Assembly: GCF_000315625.1 (NCBI RefSeq)
Contig: NW_005434458.1
Coordinates: 3,767 to 67,766, forward strand
DNA from: Guillardia theta CCMP2712
Taxonomy: Eukaryota > Protista > Cryptophyta
Length of the DNA: 64,000 bases
Reading direction: 5' to 3'
The number at the start of each line of letters is the position of its first letter. Positions within the stretch are counted from its first letter, which is position 1. The notes beneath the pieces were generated by a model, which was given only the letters and a program-made list of their open reading frames with translations, was not told the origin of the DNA and made no database searches. The position numbers and the translations under genes are program-made. Positions 23,301-35,189 of this stretch are shown here, piece by piece.

Positions 23301-26300
23301 GCACGTCGAGCAGCGTCAAGGAGGCCGTTGGACCCGCCAGACTTACCTGAACCTCAAAAGAGCTGGTGATGTTGTTGACTGAGACGTTGCCAATGGTGAC
23401 GTTGTCAAGTCGGATCACAACCTTGGTTCCGATCGGAATCGTCTGGTTGAACTTGAGGTCAACCTGCAAACTGGCATGGGCAGAGTTGCCCACGAGCGGA
23501 CGGGAAACAGGTCGCTGACAAGCGTCCAAAGTTCCTTTGTGGCTCAAAGAGAAGTTGCCCTGCACAACAGCGGGAGGAAGGAGCAGAGCATCGAAAACAA
23601 CCTTCAGCCTGGTGTTGAGCTGGTGGTTGTCGAAGGAGATTGCGAATTGAAAGGAATCCTGACATGACTCCTTCTGAAGGTACCTCAGGTCTAGCTGAAA
23701 CCATGAATCAGCCTCGATGGAACCTAAGAAAGTGCACTGCAAGCTGAGGAGCTGGGAAGAGACGTTGGAACTTTGACAAGTCTGCGGTTGACCGTCGATG
23801 TGAAGAACGACCTCGGTCTGTCCGAGGAACAAGAGCGGGCTGAGAGACTCTATGAGGATGATGGAGGATGGCTGGACTGGTTGGCTGATGCGCCCGCTAA
23901 CGTGAGCATGGATGAGCGAGGGCTCCATGGCTGGAGTGAGAGCAGCTGAGACGTTGATGCAGCAACTCTCTTCCATCTGCAGCTGCACATCCTGACAGAG
24001 AACAGCTTCTGAGCCGCAAGAGAGAGATGGAAGAACTTCTGTCATGAGCTGTCGACCTTCCAGTCTAGGGTCGAAGTTTGTAAAGTTGTACACATTCATC
24101 ATGACAGCAGTGTCGCCGTCGCAAGGGATCTGTGTCAAGCTCCAGTCACTCTGTGAGGAGTTCCCAGGGTAACGAACTCGCAGCGACTGATTGCCGCAGC
24201 ATCGACTCAACTTGCAGGCATCGATCAATAGGGAGAAATTGTTCCGAGCAAAAGGCAAGAGGATGCTAGGAGAAGTTTCGAAACAGTTCTGATGCAGGAA
24301 TGGCCCGGAAACGCTCAGGTTCCAAGACACTATCCCATCCACTGACGTTTTGCTGTACGTGTGCTCATGCAGAATGACTTGAAAGTCTCCAGCATATCCA
24401 GTGCACAGACTGTTACGGATGTCAAACAATGCGAACGAGAAGGGAAGGTCGGACTGAATGTCCTTTGACACCTTGAGGCTGACGTGACCATCGTTAGCCT
24501 CAACCAGCTCTAAGGCATTTGTGTTGTTGGCGAAAGCCCCTCGAGCATTGAAACCAGTAGGAAAGTAGATCGAGAACGTCTCGTTAGCTCTCAGATCAGG
24601 TTTGGTGATTGTAACCCACATAGAACCCGTCTCGTTCACTATAGGATTGTCAAAATGCAACTGACATGTCAAATTCCGCGGCCAAACCCTCAGCTCCCCA
24701 CTTGACCTGCCCCGTCCAACGATCTTAGAAGTCTGATCAAAGATGGTGAAAGAAAAAGGATCAAGAAGTTGCGAGCTCCTGGGATTCAGAAAGCCACATA
24801 CGGCAAAGGAAAGATTGAAAGGTCTCAGATCACTGTACCTCTTGACGTAGTTGATCTCTATCGCAAAACTTCTGGGAGATGACAAGTTGGAGGAAGGAGT
24901 CATGGAGCAATTATCGTCCATCATCATGTTTGAACAAGAGATATTCTTTGCACCAGTTTCGGTTCCGTCCACATTCGCAGTAAAGAAGAGATTCGAATCC
25001 GACAGACATAGATCCGATAGTTCCAACAGCCTGAACCAGAAAAACTGTAAACCGACAGGAAATTCGAGCCGAATTTTCGAAACGACGAACAAATCTTTCA
25101 GAAAGAATGAAAACTTGGTCTCTGAGTCCACCAATAAGTTCGACCAGCGAGTAGAAACGTTGTATGTTCGAGTTGCCAGCGAAGCACTTTCTACTCTAGA
25201 ACCGAAACATCCCAGATTCGGGTAGCATGCAAAGACCCTAAAAAAATACTGTTTGCCTAACTTGAGATTGCAGCTCACGACACCGTCCAGGTTGCTGCCG
25301 TAAGAGTTCCCAAAGAACATATGAAAAGTTGCGTTGGATAGGTTATATTGCCTGATGAAACCACCCGACGAAACGCCCTTGCTGTCCAAGAAGGTTTTCG
25401 GGTCGTAGGATACAATGAATGAATTTGGATCGAATTTACAGTAAGTGTCGTTTGTTGAAACATTACAAGAGTCCAGGATAGCTTGATTGGGAGAGATAGA
25501 ATTACATAGACTTGAATTGCACACCGTGTCGTTGAAAGAATATAAATTTTGTTTGCACATTTCGCGGAAGTTTTGAATCTCCTTGGATGACGAGCATCCA
25601 TGGAGAAGGTGCGATTCTCCCTGTCGTGATACGCTCTGAATGCTCACACAGGAATCTCCAGCGGGACATATTTCAACCCCGCACGTGCGACATCCCTCCG
25701 GAAGGAAAATTCCTCTGGTCGTGTAACATCTCAACGCGAGCATTCCCGGGTCAAACGAACTTTCACTGTCTGCAAACTGCAACATGAAGTGCGAGGGCTC
25801 TTCGAGAAACAATGGCCTACTCCATGCCAACTGCAATAAAGACACGCCATACTGCGAGAGCATTGGCTGGTAGGGAGGATTAGGGTTGATGGTGAACGGG
25901 CCGACGGAGAACTTGGCTCCAACTCTTGTCTCATGAAACGCAAATAATGATACCTCGTAAAGCGTAGTGTCTAGCAAAGAATCGAAGACATATTCCGTGA
26001 CATTCAAGGTCAGTTGTACCGTCGAACAATTCTCAGTAGCCAACCCCTCACAGCGCATACTTCCTTTGCCGGTCCCCACGTATAGAGTCAAGCTGAAGCC
26101 TCTTGCAGACCCGCATGGGTCGCAAGCACAAGAAGAGTTTGGCAAACCATCCAAGGATGCGGGACAATCCCATCGCACCGAGAGTGAGCTGTTGTCCAAC
26201 CGATACAACCTCACACGCTGCGGAATCGTTGGAGCATTCAACATTTGAAAAGCGACATGATTTGATCGTTTTGTGATCAAGTGAGAGATGTTCTGGTTAA

Positions 26301-26652
26301 CACTCCTTACAAGTGCGACTGAAAGATTGTAGAACTGACCGAGCTCCAAGTCTGCCAATTCGAAAGTGACATCATTGCATTGACAAGATTCTAACCATTG
26401 AATCTGGGTAGATAGCAGAGGAAAACTTTGAAACGATGAGTTTGAACCTTGCGAGGCATCATTGTAAATGTGAACAAGTGTATCGTTATAATCCCAGACT
26501 GTCAAGTTCTCCAGCTGAAAATTCAGTACGACGGCAAGATCCTTGTACTGTTTCACTCGTAGATTGACGGAATCGAAAGATATCGTCCTCTGTGACCAAG
26601 ACACTTGCAGGGACAATAGGAGACAGAGGAACGTCGAAACCCCGTGTTTCAT
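2364..26652 (-). CDS. Giant probably secreted multi-domain repeat protein (~7,200 aa), interrupted by the LTR element at 20942-23017
   Basis: ATG at 26652 with a signal-peptide-like start MKHGVSTFLCLLLSLQVSWSQ (in-frame upstream ATG at 26742). Removing the LTR element plus one CCAAC joins ORF 23005..26742 and ORF 4703..20887 in frame (AGDTRTVG|LHLRISRSHPFPVALVVTFP). Manually phased exons: 26652-4907 (minus insert), 4848-4702, 4478-4216, 3989-2749, 2668-2364; all GT-AG, frame preserved to a TAG. About 34 type-A ~120-150 aa repeats (AG...F...NPLP..G.I.L.FP..F...N....G..G.F...T...ID), 7 type-B repeats and many N-x-S/T sequons. No C-terminal TM seen. Confidence 0.85.
9395..9810 (-). other. Discoidin/F5-8 type C (galactose-binding-like) module inside the giant protein
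   Basis: NITRDFGARILICGFAM...APTTLRFQLSASADGVDF...FRHVRLTITHS...FCEL matches the (L/I)xxDFG..I..F / F.L..S.DG..F / RxVRL.I pattern. Confidence 0.6.
11250..14490 (-). other. Block of 7 type-B beta-sandwich repeats inside the giant protein
   Basis: Units such as TISQNCDVGNVTNVITVTLRSTFALRPGTYIHIGNL...SATWNASSGQLTVRV...FSFNLRNP, with a conserved W and FSF.L.N; distinct from the flanking type-A units. Confidence 0.7.
12865..13100 (-). other. Fibronectin type II domain inside the giant protein
   Basis: GSPCVFPFFFRGKNHTSC...GRAWCATS...WDYC matches the FN2 consensus C-x-F-P-F-x-(F/Y)-x-G...C...W-C-x-T...W-x-Y-C. Confidence 0.85.
20942..21168 (+). repeat. 5' LTR (227 bp)
   Basis: TG...CA ends, internal AATAAA, base-for-base identical to 22791-23017. 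Confidence 0.97.
21170..21182 (+). promoter_or_regulatory. Primer-binding site TGGTAGCGTAAGG
   Basis: Begins 1 nt after the LTR with TGG, complementary to a tRNA CCA end; TGGTAGC fits an initiator-Met-type acceptor end. Confidence 0.7.
21267..22656 (+). CDS. gag: Gag (N-terminal coiled coil + Ty3/gypsy-type capsid), split by a +1 frameshift at the A8 run 21765-21772
   Basis: WFGELEFQF...QKVDIAATLVGNRVRNWLQTL...TWESFKSLLVKEYL...IQGSEEKTSDFVNRFSALA resembles the Retrotrans_gag capsid and major homology region. Deleting one A fuses the two ORFs (EENKK|MFEEMMQRF). No CCHC knuckle; acidic tail. Confidence 0.8.
22791..23017 (+). repeat. 3' LTR (227 bp)
   Basis: Identical to 20942-21168. Confidence 0.97.
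25200..26240 (-). other. Two fibronectin type III domains near the N-terminus of the giant protein
   Basis: APTIPQRVRLYRLDNSSLSVRWDCP...SLLDTTLYEVSLFA and PPYQPMLSQYGVSLLQLAWSRP...NLKLGKQYFFRVFAC: P..P, W..P and L..g..Y.f.V.A signatures. Confidence 0.8.
25501..25734 (-). other. Ly6/uPAR (three-finger)-like Cys-rich module inserted in the second FN3 domain
   Basis: LRCY...C..C...ICPAGDSCV...HGCSS...C...VCNSSLCN: LxCY start, GC and terminal C-x4-C-N. Confidence 0.6.
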
Positions 26653-27059
26653 GCAAGATCCTCTCCTTGTGCTACTCCTCGCGTCTTGATCCCTTTGATT
26701 TGCTTGATGACAACTCATACTTTGACTCGACGCTGATTTCATTGCTGCAGAGCAGTCTCCCTTACCTTCCCTCCACCCTCGTTTTTGAAAGCTGTGTCCT
26801 CCCTATCTCCGTTAAGCTTGCTCCCTCTGGATGAGTTCGCTCTTGCTACCTCTCGTAGCTGCCCCAAAGCTTCGTTCGCTGCACTGAACGTGTCACTCCC
26901 TGAAACAATTTCGGTCTAGTCTTTTACCTTAGACACACTCAAGCTTCGACTATTCCTGCAGATGCATAAGTCATGGATGCTTTATCTGCTCGTCTTTCTG
27001 CATGGATTCCTCGTCTCTTTCTTCCTTCGCCCCTCCTCTCCATCGCGCCGCTCGTCCCC

Positions 27060-27790
27060 AACAGCCATTCCACCGACTCGGAAATCCACTATCTATCACC
27101 CCCCATCCCGCCTTGCTAATTGTACCACCCCATCAGCGGGTACCCACTCACCCAGTGCATTGAACATTTCATCATCTTTGTAGTGGGGGTGGGGGTAGTG
27201 ACCCCCGGTGAGTCAATGACAATCGTGAAGGAAGAGCCGTCAAAATTATGTAGCCCTCATCTCCCCAGTGACCCGGGCCCGGCGGCGAGAGCAGGGCGAG
27301 AGCAACTGCGAGAGCAACTTGAGTCCAAACTTAGGTGACACGGCCTCAGACTGCTGAGTGACTGAGCCCGGCCCGGGCTCCAGCCGGCCCCGCGAGCCGG
27401 CGGTCAGTCAGGCTCAGCGGCAAGTTACGGGGGAGGCACAGTGGACCGGGCCACCCTATTAAACTTGTGACAGTGTTTAACACTGAGTCTCGGACACTGG
27501 CCGTCACTGGCACCGTCAGTGTCAGTCACCCGGCCCGATCATCGGATGCCATGATCGGCCCGCCGCGCCGGCATCGTAAGGGCGGAGCGGCAGCCGCCGC
27601 CGTCGGGGCCCGCCGCGCCAGCCTGCCTGGCTGTCACGCCGGCCGGGCTGCCACCCGTGACCCGGCGTCACGGATCTCGGACCCACCGCCGACGGTCATG
27701 AGGCGAAGTTGGCCGCAGCGTTAAAGTTGCCGGGGCCGGGCCCTACTACGGTACAGCTGTGAGTATCGGGACTTTAGGCCTTCACAATAC
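27060..27790. other. Non-coding patchwork tract (ACCC-rich, then GC-rich micro-palindromic)
   Basis: Dense CCGG/GGCC/GTCAC/CAGTG/GAGTC words and short hairpins (ccgatcatcgg, cccgggcccggc); no credible ORF; upstream of the giant gene. Confidence 0.7.
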
Positions 27791-27888
27791 TAAGAATTAC
27801 TCAATCTTTTGACGAGTAAAAATATGAAGAAGACTGAAGTGACGCTACTACGGATAGCAACACGGCCGGGGGGGCATGAGGGAGTTCG

Positions 27889-28075
27889 GAGGGAGAGGGA
27901 GGGAGAGGGAGGGAGAGGGAGGGAGATCGGAGGGAGATCGGAGGGAGAGGGAGGGAGGCCGACGGCGGGAGAGGGCGAGAGAGGGACGGAAAGGGAGGGA
28001 GAGGGCGGGAGAGGGAGGGAGAGAGCGGGAGAGGGAGGGAGAGGGAGGGAGAGGGAGGGAGAGGGAGGGAGAGGC
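27889..28075. repeat. Polypurine (GGGAGA)n-type low-complexity tract
   Basis: Directly visible. Confidence 0.9.
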
Positions 28076-28449
28076 TGAGCCTGGAGAGGAAGTATACAGG
28101 AACATGGAAGCTCGAGAAGGTCAGACCGGACCTGAAGAAGAAAGAGTCCAGGAGGCGAAGAAAGTGCATGGAAGCCCTCAAGGGGGAAGAAAGTGGGAGT
28201 AAAAGGGACGAAGAGGAGGAGGCTGAGGCAGTGCGATGATGGTCTTCAGGGCGGAAGGGAGCAGAAACAAATGCAAACTAGAGGAACGAAGGAAAGACGT
28301 TGATGGAAAGTGACGTGAATAGGAGAAGGAGCTAGAGGGAATGGAAAGAGTCAAAATCAGGAGGAGCACGCAGGGAAGAGAAGTGAACAGGCGGGTGTTG
28401 ATATATGGAGACAAGACAGATGGAGATGCAGTGAAATGGGCTGCGACAC

Positions 28450-31400
28450 ATGTCTAGCAACCTTACGTCATCTCACCTAATTTCAAGTCAATCTGCTTTG
28501 ACGTTGTCAACTCTGTTCTTGTTGCTGTTTTCTGGTGAGAGAATCACTGTCAGGGTTCGACGTGCTTGGATTGAGTCGAACTGAATCAGCAGCCATTGGG
28601 GAAATGACTTCCTTCCTCTCGTGCTGCGTCAGGTGATGCTTTTGACTATCATCCTTCTACTCACTTGACTTCGTCATCATCTGCTGACCTCATCTTTCAC
28701 AGCTCGCGGTCGTCAAACAGTTTTATTTCTTCACAGGTGACTTGTTTCCTTCTTGATGTGTCAGACCTAAAGGGAGTGCGGAGAAGGGCCTCGACGTGGA
28801 GGAGAAGAGCAAGAAGTGTGGAGTCGGGCTGGTGTTTCGACCTACCCGAGCTGCAGGTGGGCCCGGGCAAGTTTGTGCTGCCGTGACGCTTGTCAGATGG
28901 TCGGGTTGAGCTCAAGGTGTTCTCGCTTATCCCCAAGAGCCCAGCTGACATGTGCGGGATGATCCGACCCGACGACACGCTGACACGTGAGAACTTTTGA
29001 CGCCCTCGAGGTCGCGAGGCTCACAGGACGCGCAGACGTTGATAACATCGACGTGAGTGACTTCACGGTGAACGAAGGTGACGGATCTCCTCCCTCCCCG
29101 TCCTCCTCCTCCTCACCCCTTGCAGTCGCGCCGCTCGTGGTCGGAGAGCGAGGATCGGAAGTTCGTTTGACCTTCAGTCGTGGCGAGGAGGTAGAGGAGG
29201 CGAGGACGATTGACTGAGACTGACCTGCTCACTCTAGGAGTTTCAAGTGACAATCTTGAGGGTGTGGGGGGGTAAGTGAGGGCGACGATGCTGAGAGAGC
29301 GAGCACGAGGGCATGAGATGTAGGCGAGCGAGGAAGAGGTTGCGGGTACACCCGTCCTGCTTCCAGCAGGCGTTTGATGGCATTTGACAAGTTCAAAAAG
29401 TAGGTTGTACACAAAAAATAATGAACAGGAAAAGAGCAGGCGGGCAACCCGACACCTGCGGTCAAACAATGATCTAGTGTTTGCCGAAGAACTCCAGCGA
29501 GTCTGTCACGTGACTTCTCAGCTCCTGGGCCCCTCTTGCACCCAATTCACCTGCTGCTTCCTTGTACTGGCTAGCGCGAGCCGCGAGGGTCTTGACTGGC
29601 CTCTCAATGGTCGGCAGGTTGGGATCCTGAGGTTAAGTCAGACAGACGGCAGGGTGAGAGCGCAAACTCACCTTGCCGAAGATTATCTTCTCTCTGTCCA
29701 TCACCTGCCCAGCACGTCAGGACGCTGGAGAGTAGAGATCGTCACATACAGGATGTAGCGCTTGCTGGGAAGGCTGAGGAGCGAAGTGATAGCCCTCCTG
29801 CCTCAGGTGCTTCTCCATGGTAAGGAAATCGTTGAGTTGCCCGACCACTCTCCTGCCCGACTGTGAGAACAGCTCCACAAAGATCTTCTCTTCTTCACCC
29901 TCCGTCGCGCTTCCTCCCTGCAGCCTTCTGCTCCAACTGTCAGCACATGGAAGAAGAATGAGAAAGTCGCACCATCTGCTCATTCGTCATGGGGCCACTC
30001 GATCCCTGTGCACGAGGCTGAGCTGAGACGGGAGGGAGGACGTGAAAACCCACCATGCTCTGAAGCGGCTGGGAAGTTTGCTTCGTGATAGGCCCGCTCG
30101 AACTCTGGCGAGGAACGTGAGAAGACCAAAGAGGGGAGCAGGACGACAAGTACCAGGTGAGAGGAGGGCTGAGAAGTCTGGAGGGTGATCGGTCCACTAG
30201 AAGCCTGTCAGGCAGGATGAGATCGGCTTCTCCAAGACTCCAAGAAGCTCAGCCGTTGAACTTACGTCACTTCCCAATGGCTGACTTGTCTGACGAGTTA
30301 TCGGCCCACTGGAGCTCTGAGTAGGAAGTCACGGCCGGACAAGAGACGCCCACAAGCGTCAACCTCACTGTCAAATGGCTGCGACGTCTGCTGAGTGATG
30401 GGCCCCCCACTGCAGGCTGTCAGACCACATGGAAGGAGAACTACAAGCGAACCTGCTCATGCTGTCCAATGGCATCTTAGTGTCCTTCGACGCCGGTCCT
30501 CCCCAGCCTGCAAGAATCCGACGGTCAGTCCGCGCGTTCACTGGACAGTCGATCCTCCTTCTCACCCGCTTCGTTATCTCCTGGGCCGGCATCTACCGTC
30601 TGCACTGACGCTGGTCCACCCCAGCCTGTTGACCTAGTGAGTAGCGACTTGAGACGCGTATCTCTTGCACCAGCTTCGTTGTCTCCCGGACCCGCTTCCA
30701 CAGTCTGTACAGATACAGGGCCACCCCATCCTGACCCTCCAACGTCATCCACTTCGGCTTCCGAGCACAAGCATCACCTGCTTCGTTGTCGCCTGGCCCG
30801 GCGTCCATGGTCTGAACCGAGGCGGGCCCTCCCCACCCTGCGATGAACAAGGGAAACACGAAACGAGTCAGCCCAAGAGATGCGACAAGATGCACGTCAA
30901 GCTTCCGAAAGCTCTCTTTGACTTTATGCTCACCAGCTTCATTGTCGCCAGGACCTTTGTCAATCGTCCGAGTTGAGGCTGGACCCCCCCATTCGACCTG
31001 AAAGCATCGTCAGGAATTGGTTGAGATCGACTTGAATACTCTACCTCCATGCTTGAGCTAGCAAGCTTCTGTGGCCGAATGCTCTTGCTCACCCTCCTGC
31101 TCCGACCCATCAGACTCAGTGGCACTGCAGCGACTTCTTGTCACTTGAGTATCTTCCCCTCAATCTGCTTGCAGTTTGGCGTGTTGCAGTCCAGCAGGGC
31201 CTGCAGATAAACTTGACGAGAGAACAGACGAGGGGCAAAGGCACATACCTGGCTCAAGGTGGAGTCCATTCCTGGTATAGCTTCTCTCAAAGACTTCTGC
31301 TTCTGCTGTGCCGATTGATTCGCAGTGCCAGCCTGTGGGGGGTGAAGGCATCAAGACATACTCAATCTGTACTTTTTGATCATTCACACCTTCTGTTTCG

Positions 31401-33233
31401 ATGCTTGTTTTAACATCTGCAGGGGAAGTCAAACGTTTTGATCTCAGACTTACAACTCCACCTTGAGCTGCCTCTCCTTCGCCAGAGCATTCTTCGCCTT
31501 CAACACAGAGAAGTTTGGAAAGTACGGCTTCTTCACTTCATCCCATCTGGGGGCAGCGGCTAAGAAAGGAACAGGAAGGAATCAGGTACCTTTTCGCTCC
31601 ATTGTCGCCAACATAATAATATCGCATGCTGACTGGGTCGTAGTGCCTGGTCCACTTGACCTGGAGGTCGTCAAGAGACTCAAGATGATCGGGAGACCTT
31701 ACTGGTATGCTTTGTGCCTCAGGTTGTGCCCGAGGCAGCTGAGACTGACTGTCAGGCCTCGTGACCAGCTGCTTCGATTCATCATGCTCCACTTCCTGCG
31801 CCTGTTGTGCTTCTTCCTGATGAACCTGCTCGGCGTGGGCCACTTGGACAGCTCTGTGTGCCGCGTGGCGGTGTAAGGACTTCGTGATCGAGACGGCACC
31901 ATGAGGACGCTTCACTTCATGTTTCATAGGCATGGTTGACTGCCTGCAAGTCCTACAGTTCACCACCACATGTCGCGGACGAGCCACAAGCGCCCACCTG
32001 CGTGATAGCTTGTTCTCAGCTCCGCTGCTGCCCAGGGAATCAAAGAACGAGTCGAAATCCTTGGAAGCCTAGTGGCACATAAGCGGCGCATCCACAAACG
32101 TCACCTACGACAACCTCCTGGGATGACAAGGCTCCCTGATCCCCGAGGTAGTACTGCGACAACTCTTGGAGTCTCCCAGGGGTCTGCAACGTCAAACTGA
32201 GGTCAGCTTTGCGGAGCCGCGTCACCACCATCACCTTGGATCTGTAGTTTGCTGGAATGAAGCTGGGCTCACCGTTGAAGGCGATGGGATACCTACCAAG
32301 CTCTCCCTGCAAGAACGTTGAGCAGCGTCTTCCACCATATCCGTCTGCCAACCTGGGCAGGACCAGAAACAGAGCTCGGCCAGACGTCGGGGCCTCGGGC
32401 TGTCTCTGCCTCAGCTCTCCTTCAACATACCAAGACCTTTACCTGGATACGCATTGAGACTTGCTGGTCCCGGGCCATTGTAGATCGCAGTTGACTGCAC
32501 ATCAGTGTCATATCCAACTCTCGGTGGTTTCTGTTCCCCTTACCTTGGCCCCTCCCTCGTCCTCAGCCCTCGAGTTTTCCTCCAATGCTTTCGCCGCACA
32601 CATGAGAGGATCTGCTCACGGATAAGAGAATACACTAAGAGAGCAGCTGGATCAATCGGCAACCTTGCATGCACTCCTTTGTCGGCGGAGTCTGCTCGTT
32701 CAAGTATCCATGCAGACATTCAGGGCTCTGTGTGTGTGTCAGACATCAAGTTACATTCAAATGACGTTCTCTTCTCCATCATACCTCCGCGTCCCAATCT
32801 CTCCAAGACCCAAAGACAGGTTTGCACTTGCTTGCTAACGAAGTCTACCAGGAGTGAGATTGATCAACCAAGACACCATTTTCACCTTAGAGCTTGCAGA
32901 AGATAAGCTTCGGGATAGAAGGATAAGGCCAAGCGCAGACAAAGCGAGGCAGCAGATGATCTTGTGCTGTATATTGAATCACGTCATCTCAATTGCCAGG
33001 ATCCTTTCAACATCCCACAGCATCGAGACTCACACATAGCAATTCACTGCCCCAACTCCGATACCGTGTTGAATTCGTTTCTGCTCTCCTTCCTGCTGAC
33101 AGCATCTTTCTTGTCTTATCCTCCCTCTTCTCTTCTATCCATCTCCTCCTCTGAATTCTTCTTCCATCCTTCTTCTCCATCCTCGTCGCTCACTTACCAT
33201 CATCTTGTTCCTCGCCATGCCGCGAAGAGCCAT
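28450..33233 (-). CDS. Multi-exon host gene, largely low-complexity, with a WW-like domain and tandem 20-aa repeats (boundaries approximate)
   Basis: Many short GT-AG introns on the minus strand; possible start MALRGMARNKMM at 33233. Spliced KWTRHYDPVSMRYYYVGDNGAK..CPRWDEVKKP (~31530-31660) fits WW W-x9-YYY...W. GWGGPASVQT repeats at 30480-30837. Confidence 0.55.
30480..30837 (-). repeat. Three tandem 60-nt duplicated exons plus a partial fourth
   Basis: Exons 30837-30778, 30730-30671 and 30625-30566, each cag|...|gt, encode GWGGP(A/V)SVQT(M/V)(D/E)AGPGDNEA; the next exon starts GWGGPASKDT at 30507. Confidence 0.85.
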
Positions 33234-33239
33234 AGCGCT

Positions 33240-34310
33240 CAACCCCCCGCCTCAGTCAACCTTCGCTCAGTCTCCTCAGGTTCACCTTGATCATCTGGAG
33301 ACAACCTACCCCATCATTTGAAGCTCTTTTTGAGTATATAGTACCCCTACTTGATACAACCCACCCCTGATCTGTCCTCAACTGATCGCTGCCCAATCAA
33401 ATTTCTTTGATGCTTCCTAATACATCAAAGAAAACCTTCTTAGACCTCTGAGGTCAGCCCAGAAAACTCTCTTCTGAGGCGAGCTGGTGAAGTTAAAACA
33501 TTATTGAATAAATCATTTTTGATTATACATCTGTTTTAACTTCACCAGCTCGCCTCAATGAAGCGATAGCAATAAGCAATGAACTACCCACCATCTCCAA
33601 CAATCGAACATGCAAAAGTACCCCTTCTTCTCTATTCCTCAACCCCCACATTTCATACCACCCCACTGTACACCACCACTCTTGTCCCCCAAGACCCTCT
33701 AAGTGTCGCAAACGGCATTTTTTTTTAAATGACCCTACACGCCAACGACAACCCTACGGTAGCAAGTACCACCCCCTTTTTCTCTTTTGCCTACCCCGTG
33801 GTCTCGCTTTCCCCAACAGATAAAGTCTTTGTTGGTAAAAAAGAAACACCCACCCTTGCTATTGGGGAAAACAACCCCTACAAGTACCCCTGATGTAAAA
33901 GCTATGGCGGTGACCCCCCATCCCCTCTCGATCTCTGGTAGTTTTTCCCTATTTCTGAACGAATGTGGATACCTACCCCACCCCGTGGTTTGATGGGCTG
34001 GACGCACCCGTCTTCAACTGCACCAATAGAAGAACTCTCCAGATTCCATTCTGCCGTTCCAAAGGCAGTTGGCGTCCCATTCTCACCATGATTTACTCAA
34101 CTGTAAAAGGTAAAATGATCTTCTTCGGAAACTGTATCAAAATTTAACACATTTTATAACTTGACTGAAAAAGGTCGGAGTGATATGATACACACTCTCT
34201 CTATATATTTGAAATTAAGTATTTATTTGATACTAATATAAGTCAATATACACTCAAATATTTCATCTATATTGAATCCTACAATACTTGTATAATCCGC
34301 CAACTGGACG
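33240..34310. other. Intergenic ACCC/TACCC-rich patchwork tract followed by an AT-rich segment
   Basis: Top-strand C-rich non-periodic sequence (caagtacc, ctaccccaccccg, tgacccccca), then AT-rich 34130-34300; lies between divergent genes. Confidence 0.6.
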
Positions 34311-35189
34311 TGTATGAGTTCTGCAATGCCGGGTTGTGTGTCAGTCCGAACGGATGGAGGGAGAACGAGAGCAGGAGGAGGAGGATGTGGGGAGGAGAGG
34401 GAGCAGGATAGAAGAGACGAGCGGAGCAGAGTGCTGGAGTGATACAAGAACAGCTGTCAGACTTCGTCCTGAGCTTGAGAAGCGCTTGTCATGTGGTTGG
34501 ATGAAAACGTGTGTCGCATGAGTCGCATCCGTTGCTGTCACGAGGAATGGCGGAAGGGACAGTGAGGCGAGGAGTGGAAATGAACTTGATTACGATCTCT
34601 ATTATGTTCTTGCATCAAGTTTTGGTGTTCGCGAAGGTGTTATCCACGCAACGCACCATTGTTGCATCCACAAAGTACATTACTACGTTGTTCTGCTGAG
34701 GATGATCTATAGCTAGATAAGCAGCAGATAATTCTCAAGGTCGCCTTGCACTGAAGCGTCTTAGTTTAGCCCAGTTCCTTGCCATAGACTTGATATCATC
34801 GCGCTATGCTCTTCTGCATTGATCGCCTTATGGCCTCCGCAGCTGCCACAGTTTGTGATGGTTTCTTGCAGGGTAGCCCACTTGTTGACACCAGAGGCTC
34901 TCGGTGTGCAGATGGAAATGGCCAGCGACTCGTCCAGGTGATGTTCTAGCACTACATTGACCCTGGATAGCATGTCAAGAAGCTGACATGGCTCGTAGTG
35001 TTCTAGACGACTCAGTCTGCAACAGCAGCCCGGAAACAGCCAACAACACTATGTTTTCTTCATTGAGCCAACGTTTGCAAAGGGGAAAGGTAAGATAATC
35101 AGTCATACATGTTGAACTGCTGGATCTCTTTGCGGATGTTGCGGCCTGATGACTTGTGAATGAGCAGGATGAGCTCTCTGCCTACCTCA

